Shown here in pieces: positions 17,703-27,613 of a DNA stretch of 64,000 nucleotides. Numbering within the stretch: the first letter of the stretch is position 1; each line of letters opens with the position of its first letter. The position numbers and the translations under genes were made by a program. The notes below the pieces were generated by a model. That model was not told where the DNA came from, did not search any database, and saw only the letters and a program-made list of their open reading frames with translations. The stretch is from positions 43 to 64,042 of the forward strand of contig JAQURX010000005.1 of assembly GCA_028715415.1 (NCBI GenBank). Reading direction: 5' to 3'. This DNA is from Candidatus Omnitrophota bacterium (GTDB lineage: Bacteria > Omnitrophota > Gorgyraeia > Gygaellales > Profunditerraquicolaceae).

Positions 17703-18956
17703 TTATAGATATTGCTTGGGGTCTGTTATCCTGCCGCGGAGTGCGGATGCTGCAACTGTGGCCGGTGAAGCAAGGTAGATAAAACTATTTGGGTTTCCCA
17801 TTCTACCTTTAAAGTTTCTGTTAGCAGTTGAAATAACGCTCTCTCCATCTGCGGGTACGCCATTATGAGTTCCTACACACGGCCCGCATCCGGGAGCAAC
17901 TATTACTGCACCTGCTTTTATAAGAGTATCAACAATTCCTAGTTTTAAGGCGTCCAGATAAATATCGCGTGAACTTGGAGCGATTATCAATCTAACTCCT
18001 GAGGCAACGCGTTTTCCTTTAAGTATTTTCGCAGCAACCTTTAGGTCGCTTAATCTTCCGTTAGTGCAAGTGCCCAAAAAAGCCTCATTAATGATTACGT
18101 TCTTTAACTCTTGCGCCGTTGAAACTGTATCAACGCTATGAGGTATTGAAACTAAAGGCTTGAGTTTAGAAATGTCAAATTCCAAGACAGATTCATATTT
18201 AGCATCTTTATCTGCTATTTGTGGGTTAAGTTTTGTCCCTTTCGGCATTCTTGGCTTTAACCAATCAAGAGTGGTTTTGTCAACCGGCATTAGGCCCACC
18301 TTTGCTCCCATTTCAACAACCATATTGCAGATAGTAAATCTTGCATCCATGCTAAGCTGGTCAATTACAGGGCCGTAAAATTCTACAGCTTTATAGGTTG
18401 CGCCATCAGCCTTAATTTCGCCGATTATATGGAGAATAATATCTTTGGCATAAATACCTTTCGGTATTTTACCTTTAACGATAATTTTAATTGTTTCCGG
18501 GACCTTAAACCAGTTTTTCCCGCTTGCTAATGCAATTGAAAGATCAGTTGAGCCGACCCCGGTTGAAAAAACTCCCAAAGCTCCATATGTGCATGTGTGT
18601 GAATCAGCACCTAAAACTAAGTATCCGGGTAAAACCTGCCCTGATTCAGGGATAACCTGATGGCAAACTCCGCAGCCAATATCGTAAAGTTTGGTTTTAA
18701 GGCCTGATGCAAAGTCGCGCATCTTTTTGTGCACTCTTGAAACGCCTTCACTTGGCGAAGGAGCACTATGGTCTATAACCATGCAAAACTTTGTTTTTAG
18801 CTCTTTTATGCCGAGCTCTTTGACTCGATCAATAATAATTGACGATGTCCCGTCTTGCCCAAAAGCAAGTTCAATATTACAGACAGCAAAATCACCTGCG
18901 CTTAAATCTTTTCCTGCGTGATTACTTAATATCTTTTCTGCGACAGTCTTTCCCAT
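17703..18956 (-). CDS. leuC: 3-isopropylmalate dehydratase/homoaconitase large subunit (short LeuC type, aconitase family)
   Basis: 417 aa, MGKTVAEKIL..., Fe-S cysteines ...GTCTNGR... / APGCGPCVG. Confidence 0.8.
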   Translation of the reverse strand: MGKTVAEKILSNHAGKDLSAGDFAVCNIELAFGQDGTSSIIIDRVKELGIKELKTKFCMVIDHSAPSPSEGVSRVHKKMRDFASGLKTKLYDIGCGVCHQVIPESGQVLPGYLVLGADSHTCTYGALGVFSTGVGSTDLSIALASGKNWFKVPETIKIIVKGKIPKGIYAKDIILHIIGEIKADGATYKAVEFYGPVIDQLSMDARFTICNMVVEMGAKVGLMPVDKTTLDWLKPRMPKGTKLNPQIADKDAKYESVLEFDISKLKPLVSIPHSVDTVSTAQELKNVIINEAFLGTCTNGRLSDLKVAAKILKGKRVASGVRLIIAPSSRDIYLDALKLGIVDTLIKAGAVIVAPGCGPCVGTHNGVPADGESVISTANRNFKGRMGNPNSFIYLASPATVAASALRGRITDPKQYL

Positions 18957-18959
18957 TAA

Positions 18960-20135
18960 TTAAATTTCCTTAAGCCAGGTTTCTAACCTATCCATGGCAA
19001 TCGTAAGCTGCTCTATTGAATTAGCGAAACTTATGCGTACATAATTATTAAGCCCGAATCCTATCCCGGGGATTATACTTACAAATTTTTCATCAAGCAT
19101 CCTGTTTGCAAAAGTCATGGAATCAAGTTTTGTTCTTTCAATCCCGCAAAAGATATAAAATGCTCCCTGCGGAACCACATATGAAATTTTATCCATCTTT
19201 TTGAGGCGGGAGATTATATAATTTCTTCTTTTTTCAAATTCTATGCAAAGGCTTTTAGAAAATTCATCAGGAGCGCTTAATGCTGCAACAGCTGCCTTTT
19301 GAGCAATAGAATTTGGGTTTGAAGTTGAATGATCCTGAAGGTTTGAGATTGCATCAGCAATTTCCTTGGGAGCTCCGAGGTATCCAATACGCCAACCAGT
19401 CATGGAGTAACTTTTTGATAGCCCATTAACTGTAATTGTTAGATCGTAGATACTCTTATTCAAGCTGCCGATGGAAAAGTGTTTTAAGTTGTCAAAAATA
19501 ATCTTTTCATAAATCTCGTCGCTTATGACATAGATTTTATTATCCACGCAGATTTGTGCAATTTCTTCCAGTTCATTTTTTTCGTAAACACAACCGGTTG
19601 GATTTGATGGGCTATTTAAAATAAGCACCTTTGTTTTTTTAGTTATTGCTTTTTTAAGTTCCGCAGTGGTAATTTTAAAATTATTTTCCGGCAAGGTTTT
19701 GATAAAAACCGGTTCTCCTTCACACAAATTAACCATTTCCGGATAGCTGACCCAGTAAGGAGACGGAATAATAACCTCATCTCCACGGTCTACCAATACA
19801 AACAAAGCATTAAAAATGCTGTGTTTTGCACCGCAAGAAACTATGATTTGGTTAGGCGCGTATTCTAGTGAATTGTCTTTCTTGAATTTTTCCGAAATGA
19901 GTTTTTTTAATTCAGGAGTTCCTGTGGTAGGGGTATATTTTGTAAAACCGCTTTTAATAGCTTCAATTGCGGCGTTTTTGATAAAATCAGGGGTATCAAA
20001 ATCAGGTTCTCCCGCAGCAAGCGTAACGATATCCTTACCCTCTGCTTTTAGTTTCTTTGCTTTTGATGTTATAGCAAGAGTTAAGGAAGGGTTAATTTTC
20101 TTTAAACGAACGGCTAAAGTTGTATCTGTTCGCAT
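18960..20135 (-). CDS. Class I PLP-dependent aminotransferase (AspC family)
   Basis: 391 aa; LAAGEPDFDTP...; SKSYSMTGWRIGY PLP-lysine region. Confidence 0.8.
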   Translation of the reverse strand: MRTDTTLAVRLKKINPSLTLAITSKAKKLKAEGKDIVTLAAGEPDFDTPDFIKNAAIEAIKSGFTKYTPTTGTPELKKLISEKFKKDNSLEYAPNQIIVSCGAKHSIFNALFVLVDRGDEVIIPSPYWVSYPEMVNLCEGEPVFIKTLPENNFKITTAELKKAITKKTKVLILNSPSNPTGCVYEKNELEEIAQICVDNKIYVISDEIYEKIIFDNLKHFSIGSLNKSIYDLTITVNGLSKSYSMTGWRIGYLGAPKEIADAISNLQDHSTSNPNSIAQKAAVAALSAPDEFSKSLCIEFEKRRNYIISRLKKMDKISYVVPQGAFYIFCGIERTKLDSMTFANRMLDEKFVSIIPGIGFGLNNYVRISFANSIEQLTIAMDRLETWLKEI

Positions 20136-20153
20136 AGGGATATGAAATTAAAA

Positions 20154-20720
20154 TTATAAAGAATCCCTCTCTTTTTTAAAGATACCTCTAAGGCCACCTA
20201 AAAATTTCTTTGAAGGCTTTTTTGTAACCGGAGGCTTTTCTTTAACTGCGACATTGCTTTCTTGTGCCTTTTCTTCTTTCTGCGCAGTTTCAATCTGTTC
20301 AGTTTTGGAAACCTCTTCGGTTTTAGTTTCTTTTGCTTTCTTTTCTTTTTTGACTTCTTTCTTTTTAATTTCAGTTAACTCAAAAATAACTAACTTAGCG
20401 CTGTCCCCTCTTCTGATCCCATAATTGATTATCCTTGTAAAACCGCCAGTCCTATTCGCAAACCTAGGAGCGATATCACTAAAAAGCAAGCTTACCAGTT
20501 TATGGTCGCCTAATATTGAGAACGCATCCCTTTTTCCTGCTAAGGTATTTTTTTTGGCAGTTGAGATTAATTTCTCAAATAAAGGCTGAGTTGTTTTTGC
20601 TCTTTGCAAAGTTGTCTTTATGCTCTGGTTTATAAGAAGGCTTCTAATCAAGCTTTTCACGGTAGCTTTGTGCCAACTCGTAAAGCGGTTTAATTGATAT
20701 CTGGATTTTTTATGTCTCAT
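20154..20720 (-). CDS. rplQ: 50S ribosomal protein L17 with ~70-aa Lys/Glu-rich C-terminal extension
   Basis: MRHKKSRYQLNRFTSWHKATVKSLIRSLL... then KKKEVKKEKKAKETKTEE... tail. Confidence 0.85.
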   Translation of the reverse strand: MRHKKSRYQLNRFTSWHKATVKSLIRSLLINQSIKTTLQRAKTTQPLFEKLISTAKKNTLAGKRDAFSILGDHKLVSLLFSDIAPRFANRTGGFTRIINYGIRRGDSAKLVIFELTEIKKKEVKKEKKAKETKTEEVSKTEQIETAQKEEKAQESNVAVKEKPPVTKKPSKKFLGGLRGIFKKERDSL

Positions 20721-20763
20721 TTTAAATTTCCTTGAAGTTAGTTATATTTAAAGCTAACGAATA

Positions 20764-21753
20764 TTATTTTTTAAGTTTCTTTTGGTCAACTTGCATGCCT
20801 AAAGTTAACCCCATACCCATAAGCAATTCTTTAATTTCAGTCAGGGATTTTTTACCGAAATTTTTAAAAGCAAGCATCTCCTCTTCGCTTCTCTTCACTA
20901 GATCAGCGACGGTTTTAATATTCGCTTCTCTTAAGCAATTTGAGCTTCTGACGGAGAGCTCAAGTTCGGAAATCGGAAGCCTTAGTTTTTCATAAACAAT
21001 AGCCTCTTCTTTATTCATCTCAGGTTCTTCCTCGGCGATATCATCAGGAAGCTGTCCAAAGCTGACAAAAATATCAAGATGCCTCTGTAAGATATTTGAA
21101 GCATAGAGAAGTGCATCTTTTGGGCTGATTGCTCCGTTAGTAAAAATCTCCAAGATAAGTTTATCATAGTCTGTTTTTTGCCCGACTCGCGTATTCTCTA
21201 CAAAGTAATTTACTTTAATTACTGGAGTAAAGATTGAATCAACAGGAATAAGCCCTATGATTTTATCCTCTTTTTTGTTTAATTCTGCCTGGACATAGCC
21301 TCTGCCTCTTGCAACTTCCATTTCCAGGTTGAATTTAACATCTTTTGTCAGTGTGGCAATATGAAGCTCTGGATTGATTATTTCAATTGTTTCATCAACA
21401 ATTATATCTTTTGCCTTAATCTCACCCTTTGAGTCCTTTTTGATGTAGATAGTCTTTGGAATCTTTGAATGAGAGTTAATGATAAGGCTCTTTATATTTA
21501 AAATAATCTCCGGAAGGTCTTCAAGGACTCCGGGAATACTGGAGAATTCATGCTCGGCGCCGATAATTTTAATTGAGGTAACAGCGCTTCCTTCAATAGA
21601 TGAAAGAAGGACTCTTCTTAAAGAGTTCCCTAAAGTAACTCCATAGCCTCTTTCAAAAGGTGCCGCAGAAAACTTCCCATAAGTTTCTGTGTAGGTAGAT
21701 TCATCGCACTCTAATCTTTTTGGTAGTTGAAAATCTCTCCATTTTATACCCAT
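20764..21753 (-). CDS. rpoA: DNA-directed RNA polymerase alpha subunit
   Basis: 329 aa; NSLRRVLLSSIEGSAVTSIKI. Confidence 0.9.
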   Translation of the reverse strand: MGIKWRDFQLPKRLECDESTYTETYGKFSAAPFERGYGVTLGNSLRRVLLSSIEGSAVTSIKIIGAEHEFSSIPGVLEDLPEIILNIKSLIINSHSKIPKTIYIKKDSKGEIKAKDIIVDETIEIINPELHIATLTKDVKFNLEMEVARGRGYVQAELNKKEDKIIGLIPVDSIFTPVIKVNYFVENTRVGQKTDYDKLILEIFTNGAISPKDALLYASNILQRHLDIFVSFGQLPDDIAEEEPEMNKEEAIVYEKLRLPISELELSVRSSNCLREANIKTVADLVKRSEEEMLAFKNFGKKSLTEIKELLMGMGLTLGMQVDQKKLKK

Positions 21754-21816
21754 CTAGTCCTCCTAATTAATATTAATTTTAAAGTTTAGAACTTTAAAGT
21801 GTAATACTTTTAAACT

Positions 21817-22443
21817 TTATTTGGAATACAACTCTACGATCAACTGTTCCTGAATTATATGTTCAATATCTTCTTTTTCAGGAAGCCTTATAACTTTGGC
21901 GGTCAACTCTTTTGCATTAAACTCAAGCCATGAAGGGACAGTCCTTTCTTTTGTAATCTCCATGGTCTCCTTCATGTTTTTAGATTTATCGTTTGGTTTT
22001 ATTTGAATCACATCGTCTTTTGCGATCTGATAAGAAGGGATGTTTACCCTTACAGAATTTACCAACACATGGTTATGGCGTACGATTTGCCTTGCCTGTG
22101 CCCTTGATAAGGAAAGCCCGAGCCTGAATATTACATTATCAAGCCTGCGTTCCAACATCTGTAAAAGCACTTTACCTGTGACGCCCTTTGTGTGAGAAGC
22201 AACTTCAAAGTATCTACGGAACTGTTTTTCCAAAACTCCGTACATTCTTTTTACTTTTTGTTTTTCGCGCAACTGTAAACCATAGTTGGAAAGCTTTGTT
22301 CTTCTTCCTTCTCCATGGTCTCCGGGAGCGTATGCCCTTTTAGTAACCGGGCATTTTTCCGTAAAACATTTTGTGCCTTTTAGAAAAAGCTTATCTGTTT
22401 CCCTACGGCACAACCTGCAAACTGCATCTGTATAACGAGCCAT
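21817..22443 (-). CDS. rpsD: 30S ribosomal protein S4
   Basis: MARYTDAVCRLCRRE... Zn-ribbon N-terminus. Confidence 0.9.
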   Translation of the reverse strand: MARYTDAVCRLCRRETDKLFLKGTKCFTEKCPVTKRAYAPGDHGEGRRTKLSNYGLQLREKQKVKRMYGVLEKQFRRYFEVASHTKGVTGKVLLQMLERRLDNVIFRLGLSLSRAQARQIVRHNHVLVNSVRVNIPSYQIAKDDVIQIKPNDKSKNMKETMEITKERTVPSWLEFNAKELTAKVIRLPEKEDIEHIIQEQLIVELYSK

Positions 22444-22446
22444 TGA

Positions 22447-22836
22447 TTACACTCTCCTTTTCTTCTTAGGACGGCAACCATTATGAGGAATCGGAGTCAC
22501 ATCCTTTATTAAGGTTATAATAAGCCCCGCAGCCTGTAAGGCTCTAATAGCCGATTCTCTTCCAAATCCCGGCCCTTTTACGCGCACCTCAAGTTCTTTA
22601 ATGCCAATTTCTTTGGCTTTTCTTGCCGCGTCTGTTGCCGCAATCTGGGCTGCAAAAGGGGTTGATTTCTTTGAACCGCTGTATCCTACGATACCCGGAG
22701 CAGACCAAGCTAACACATTCCCCTGCCTATCTGTAATAGTGATAATTGTATTATTAAAACTTGCCTGAATGTGAGCAATCCCTGCTGTAACCCCTCTGGC
22801 AATCTTCTTCTTTTTTGCCTTATCTTTTGTTGCCAT
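22447..22836 (-). CDS. rpsK: 30S ribosomal protein S11
   Basis: 129 aa; [18 protein letters not shown]. Confidence 0.9.
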   Translation of the reverse strand: MATKDKAKKKKIARGVTAGIAHIQASFNNTIITITDRQGNVLAWSAPGIVGYSGSKKSTPFAAQIAATDAARKAKEIGIKELEVRVKGPGFGRESAIRALQAAGLIITLIKDVTPIPHNGCRPKKKRRV

Positions 22837-22878
22837 ATTAATTTTACTCCTTTTCCTCTAAATAGTGTTTATTTAAGC

Positions 22879-23289
22879 CTATTTTGCAGCTTTAGGTGCT
22901 GCTTTTGCCGGTGCTTCTTTTTTAACAATAGCTAAATTGCCTTTACGAGGGCCTTTTCTGGTCCTTGAGTTTGTACGGGTACGTTGCCCTCTAACAGGAA
23001 GCCCTTTTCTATGGCGTGAACCTCTATATGAACCGATATCCATAAGCCTTTTAATATTCTGAGATATTTCTCTGCGAAGGTCGCCTTCAATCCTAAGGCC
23101 ACTCTTTTGAATTGTATTGGTAATATGAGAGATCTCTTCATCTGTCAGGTCTTTGGCGCGCTTGCTTGGTTCAATCCCGGCATCTTTACAAAGCTTGATT
23201 GAAACAACTTTCCCAACGCCGTATAAATATGTTAATGCAATATCAACTCTTTTTTCTTTAGGAATGTCAACACCTAGAATTCTTGGCAT
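22879..23289 (-). CDS. rpsM: 30S ribosomal protein S13
   Basis: [26 protein letters not shown]. Confidence 0.9.
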   Translation of the reverse strand: MPRILGVDIPKEKRVDIALTYLYGVGKVVSIKLCKDAGIEPSKRAKDLTDEEISHITNTIQKSGLRIEGDLRREISQNIKRLMDIGSYRGSRHRKGLPVRGQRTRTNSRTRKGPRKGNLAIVKKEAPAKAAPKAAK

Positions 23290-23368
23290 TTATTTTTTTC
23301 TCCTTAATTTCCCTTTAGCTTAATTCAGAGGGGTTAATCTCGAACGAAGAAAGGGGGTAAACAAATTT

Positions 23369-23485
23369 TATCTAACCCTGTCTTTGTTTATGTTTTGGAT
23401 TTGTGCAAATTACCCGTAGAACTCTTCTTCTTTTAATAATTTTACACTTATCACATATTTTTCTAATGGAAGCTTTTACTTTCAC
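23369..23485 (-). CDS. rpmJ: 50S ribosomal protein L36, GTG start, C-terminus apparently frameshifted
   Basis: Not in the ORF track (too short). Translation [28 protein letters not shown] matches L36, then diverges. The -1 frame continues NPKHKQRQG*, the canonical L36 end. AAAGGA Shine-Dalgarno lies upstream of the GTG. Confidence 0.6.
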
Positions 23486-23532
23486 TTAATTTTCCTTTCA
23501 AATGTTTCATTATAAGATTTATATTAAGAGGC

Positions 23533-23751
23533 TTATTTGACTCTAAACGTAATCCTGCCTCTTGTTAAATCATAAGGAGATAACTCAAGCTTTACTTTGT
23601 CCCCGGGAAGTATTCTTATGAAATTCATGCGCATTTTTCCTGAAACATGAGCGAGGACAACGTGCCCATTTTCCAGCTCAACTTTAAACATCGCATTTGG
23701 GAGCGCTTCAATTATCTTGCCTTCTGTTTCAATCAATTCTTCTTTAGCCAT
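23533..23751 (-). CDS. infA: Translation initiation factor IF-1
   Basis: 72 aa; [31 protein letters not shown]. Confidence 0.9.
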   Translation of the reverse strand: MAKEELIETEGKIIEALPNAMFKVELENGHVVLAHVSGKMRMNFIRILPGDKVKLELSPYDLTRGRITFRVK

Positions 23752-23769
23752 AGCTTTGTCTTTAAAGTT

Positions 23770-24522
23770 TTATGAAGCAAAAGCCGTTAAAATTTGAGGT
23801 CCGTCTTCCGTCACAGCTACAGTATGCTCAAAATGCGCTGAGAGCGAACCGTCTTTTGTAACTGCTGTCCAGCCATTTTCAAGAATTTCTGATTCCCAGG
23901 AGCCCATGTTTACCATTGGTTCAATGGCTAAAACCATGCCGCTTTTTAATTGTGGCCCGAATCCTTTTCTTCCGAAATTCGGGATTTCCGGGTCTTCGTG
24001 CAACTTAACTCCAATACCGTGCCCTACAAATTGCCGAACCACTGAAAAACCATTTCTCTCAACGTAATTCTGAATACTGTAGGAAATATCTCCTAAGTAA
24101 TTCCTTACCCTTGCTTCTTTTATCCCGATTTCCAAAGCTTTCTTTGTTACATCTATGAGCTTTTTTTCTTTTGAGCCTACTCTACCTATTCCTATTGTAA
24201 TTGCCGCGTCAGAGAAGTATCCTTCCAAATTAACGCCAAGGTCAAGGCTTAAAATATCTCCTTCAAGAAGCACTCTTGGGCCGGGAATACCATGCACAAT
24301 CTCTTCGTTTATTGAAGTACAGACTGTTGCCGGGTAACCGTTATATCCTTTAAAGGCAGCTTTCGCGCCTTTTTTGACAATGAGCTCTTGCGCCAAATCA
24401 TCTATTTGGCCAGTTGTGATCCCAATCTTAACGAACTTTTTAAGCTCTTCCATCACCAAGCTTAAAATTTCTCCGGACTTTTTCATCATCCGAAGATCAA
24501 ATTCAGATTTTAACGGAATCAT
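23770..24522 (-). CDS. map: Methionine aminopeptidase type I
   Basis: Start placed at MIPLKSEFDLRMMKKSG; metal-binding D, D, H, E, E residues in expected contexts. Confidence 0.85.
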   Translation of the reverse strand: MIPLKSEFDLRMMKKSGEILSLVMEELKKFVKIGITTGQIDDLAQELIVKKGAKAAFKGYNGYPATVCTSINEEIVHGIPGPRVLLEGDILSLDLGVNLEGYFSDAAITIGIGRVGSKEKKLIDVTKKALEIGIKEARVRNYLGDISYSIQNYVERNGFSVVRQFVGHGIGVKLHEDPEIPNFGRKGFGPQLKSGMVLAIEPMVNMGSWESEILENGWTAVTKDGSLSAHFEHTVAVTEDGPQILTAFAS

Positions 24523-25168
24523 TATAAGCCTTTGCAAGCTTAATTATTTCTTTAAGAACGACTCCCGCTTCTGCATCAGCGGATAAATTATTAAATTTAT
24601 TCTTTGATTTGTAATATTCTATTAAAGATGCGACTTCGTTTTTATAAACCTCAATCCTCTTTTTAATGGTTTCAATATTGTCATCGCTTCTTTGATAAAG
24701 CTTGCCGTTGCATTTATCGCAAATGCCTTCAACTTTAGAAGGCATGTTGGTTATATGGAAATTAGCACCGCAATTACTGCATACCCTTCTTCCGGAAAGC
24801 CTTTGTATGATTACCGGATCAGAAGTATCAAGATAAAAAACTAAATCAATTGACATGTTTCTTTTTTTGAACATCTCATCCAAAGATTTCGCCTGGGCCA
24901 AATTACGTGGATACCCGTCAAGGATAAAGCCTTTTTTCGTATCGGGCTCGTCGAATCTTTGCATGAGCATTTTAGCAACTAGCTCATCAGGGACTAAAAG
25001 GCCTTTATCCATGTATCCTTTTGCTTCCTTGCCTAAATTAGTTGCATCTTTGACATTCTGGCGTAAAAGGTCTCCCGTTGAAATATGTGCTAAATGAAGC
25101 TCTTCAGCTAATCTTTTTGACTGTGTTCCTTTTCCTGCGCCAGGAGGACCTAAGAAAACTATTCTCAT
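24503..25168 (-). CDS. adk: Adenylate kinase (Zn-lid type)
   Basis: MRIVFLGPPGAGKGTQ; CSNCG...CDKCNG lid. Confidence 0.9.
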   Translation of the reverse strand: MRIVFLGPPGAGKGTQSKRLAEELHLAHISTGDLLRQNVKDATNLGKEAKGYMDKGLLVPDELVAKMLMQRFDEPDTKKGFILDGYPRNLAQAKSLDEMFKKRNMSIDLVFYLDTSDPVIIQRLSGRRVCSNCGANFHITNMPSKVEGICDKCNGKLYQRSDDNIETIKKRIEVYKNEVASLIEYYKSKNKFNNLSADAEAGVVLKEIIKLAKAYNDSVKI

Positions 25169-26515
25169 TTATCGCCTTCCTCTAATGTGCCCACCCTTAA
25201 TAAAGCCTTCGTAGTGGTGCGTTAAAAGATGAGATTCGATTTGTTTTAATGTATCTAACATGACTCCAACAACGATAAGGATTGCTGTGCCTCCAAAAAA
25301 TGATGCAACTAAGTACGGCACTTTAAGCCAGGCCATGATTAGATCGGGAAATATCGCAATAAAAGCAATAAACATTGCACCTGCTAAAGTAATCCTTGTC
25401 ATAACATAATCCAGGTATTCTGCCGTAGGCGCTCCGGGCCTGATCCCGGGAATAAATCCGCCGTATTTCTTCATATTTTCAGATAAGTCCAACGGATTAA
25501 AAACGATTGCTGTATAGAAATAACAAAAGAATATAATTAACAGTGCGTAAATTACCGTATAAAGAATGTGTCCTCTGATTAATCCTTGTGCTAACCTTTG
25601 GAAACCCGGATTTGGGATAAAAGAAGCCAATGTCGCCGGAAAAAGTATAATTGACTGCGCAAAGATAATAGCAATAACACCGGAAGTGTCAACTTTAAGC
25701 GGTATATATGTTGATTGGCCTCCGTAAATCTTTCTTCCTACAATCCTTCTTGCGTATTGAACTGGAATTTTTCTTTGCCCTTGAGTTATCATTATAACTG
25801 CAAAGACCACGCTTACAAGAAAGACCGCCATAATTAACAGTGTAAAAGGTTGAATCTGCCTGCGGCTTGGAGCAAAGGGTGAAATTAAAACAAAAAGCTG
25901 GTGAAATGCCGATGGAATCCTGGAAACAATACCCGCAGTGATGATTAATGAGATACCATTTCCTATCCCCTTTTCCTGTATTTGTTCTCCCAGCCACATA
26001 ATAAAAATAGTTCCTGTGCTAAGAGTTAGCATTGTAAGTATTCTAAATCCGATCCCCGGAGTCATAACGATTTTTAATCCTTCAAACCGGGCAGGATCTT
26101 CAAGCCACAATGCGATAAAGAATGATTGAACTAGTGAAAGGACTATGGTCCCATAGCGGGTAAATTGGTTGATTCTTTCGTGCCCTGCTTTTCCTTCTTT
26201 GGCGATTTTTTCCAAAGCAGGAATTACTGCGGTCAAAAGCTGCATGATAATTGAAGATGATATATAGGGCATGATCCCAAGCGCAAAAATGGTCAGTCTC
26301 TCCATTGCGCCACCCGAGAACATATTCATTATGCCAAAGAGCGTTCCGCCTTGAGTCTTTGCAACACGGCTAAAAAACTCTGCTAAAGCCGATCCGTCAA
26401 TCCCGGGAGTAGGTATATAGCAACCTATCCGGTAAACGGTAATAAGTGCAAGAGTAATTAGAAGACGCCTTTTTAAATCAGGGATCTTAAATGAATTAAC
26501 TAATGCACTAAGCAT
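25169..26515 (-). CDS. secY: Preprotein translocase SecY
   Basis: 448 aa polytopic membrane protein in the canonical spc-operon position. Confidence 0.9.
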   Translation of the reverse strand: MLSALVNSFKIPDLKRRLLITLALITVYRIGCYIPTPGIDGSALAEFFSRVAKTQGGTLFGIMNMFSGGAMERLTIFALGIMPYISSSIIMQLLTAVIPALEKIAKEGKAGHERINQFTRYGTIVLSLVQSFFIALWLEDPARFEGLKIVMTPGIGFRILTMLTLSTGTIFIMWLGEQIQEKGIGNGISLIITAGIVSRIPSAFHQLFVLISPFAPSRRQIQPFTLLIMAVFLVSVVFAVIMITQGQRKIPVQYARRIVGRKIYGGQSTYIPLKVDTSGVIAIIFAQSIILFPATLASFIPNPGFQRLAQGLIRGHILYTVIYALLIIFFCYFYTAIVFNPLDLSENMKKYGGFIPGIRPGAPTAEYLDYVMTRITLAGAMFIAFIAIFPDLIMAWLKVPYLVASFFGGTAILIVVGVMLDTLKQIESHLLTHHYEGFIKGGHIRGRR

Positions 26516-27092
26516 TTATAATTTCTGTCTTTCCGCCTGCCTTAATAATTTCGGCAGAGGCCCTTTTTGAGAAAGCATGGGCTTGGATGGTTTTAGCGCT
26601 TCCTATGGTGCCATCTCCTAAGACCTTAACAAGCTTCGCTTTATCTTTTATTAAACCTTTTTGAGCTAATAATTCTATGCTAACTATTGCCTCTTTAATC
26701 TTATCTAACTGTCCAAGATTAATAATCTGGTATTCTTTCTTAAAAATATTTGTAAAACCGCGTTTAGGCATCCTGCGGATTAAAGGAGAGGTTCCTCCTT
26801 CAAAGCCAATATAAAAATGCCTTCCTGCACGCGAAGTCTGTCCTTTACTTCCTCTTGTGGAAGTTTTACCATGCCCTGAACTTGAACCCCTGCCAAGCAA
26901 CTTCTTTTTTTTGTGTGCGCCCTTAGGAACAGCTAAATTATGTAAACCGAAGGTAACAGTGCTTGCCTGAACCTTTTTTCTCGCCGGACGGGTTTTTTTG
27001 GCAACAGGTTTGGTTTCTTTAACTTCTGTTTTATGAGTTTTTACTTTTCCTTTTGATTTTTCTATTTTCTCTTTTTTGATTTTCTTTTCCAT
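26508..27092 (-). CDS. rplO: 50S ribosomal protein L15 with Lys-rich N-terminal extension
   Basis: GRGSSSGHGKTSTRGSKGQ...GFEGGTSPLIRRMPKRGF core preceded by ~45 aa of K-rich sequence (true start uncertain). Confidence 0.8.
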   Translation of the reverse strand: MEKKIKKEKIEKSKGKVKTHKTEVKETKPVAKKTRPARKKVQASTVTFGLHNLAVPKGAHKKKKLLGRGSSSGHGKTSTRGSKGQTSRAGRHFYIGFEGGTSPLIRRMPKRGFTNIFKKEYQIINLGQLDKIKEAIVSIELLAQKGLIKDKAKLVKVLGDGTIGSAKTIQAHAFSKRASAEIIKAGGKTEIINA

Positions 27093-27110
27093 TTTAAATA
27101 TTCCTATTGA

Positions 27111-27593
27111 TTATTTTTCTGCTGGATTAGCAACAGGTTCCTTTACGATCAAATTCTGTAACCCGTCAACAGTAGCTTTGATGACATTGATAGGATTGTT
27201 TGATTTAAGGCATTTTGTCAATATATCCTTTATACCTGCAGCTTCGCATATAGCTCTTACTGGACCTGCAGCAATAACTCCGGTTCCTTCAGAAGCAGGC
27301 TTAAGAAGGACTTTTGCAGCGCCATATTCACCGATAATTTGATGAGGGATCGTGGAGCCTTCCATTGGCACCTTAAATAAGCTCTTTTTCGCTTTTGTTA
27401 AAGATTTGCGTATCGCATCTGCAACTTCATTTGCTTTATCTAATGCAAAACCAACTCTTCCTTTCGTGTCTCCTACAACTACCAGAGCGCTAAAGTGTAG
27501 TTTTTTACCACCCTTAGTAACCTTAGTTACCCTGTTTATGGTAATAATTTTTTCTACCAATTCAGCATGTTGATCAATATTTAATTCTCGCAT
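27111..27593 (-). CDS. rpsE: 30S ribosomal protein S5
   Basis: 160 aa; [16 protein letters not shown]. Confidence 0.9.
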   Translation of the reverse strand: MRELNIDQHAELVEKIITINRVTKVTKGGKKLHFSALVVVGDTKGRVGFALDKANEVADAIRKSLTKAKKSLFKVPMEGSTIPHQIIGEYGAAKVLLKPASEGTGVIAAGPVRAICEAAGIKDILTKCLKSNNPINVIKATVDGLQNLIVKEPVANPAEK

Positions 27594-27613
27594 TTTTTAC
27601 TTGGCTCCTCTAA

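Noticed and set aside
21754-21816. AT-rich nested inverted repeats in the rpsD-rpoA spacer as a regulatory (S4-binding-like) element
   Set aside because: The stems are short and A/T-only and could arise by chance in AT-rich DNA; there is no sequence basis to assign a function.
25695-25997. 100-aa minus-strand ORF inside secY (also 22932-23141 inside rpsM and 32577-32807 across rpsS/rplB)
   Set aside because: These are alternative-frame ORFs nested inside well-conserved genes and have no protein-family features.
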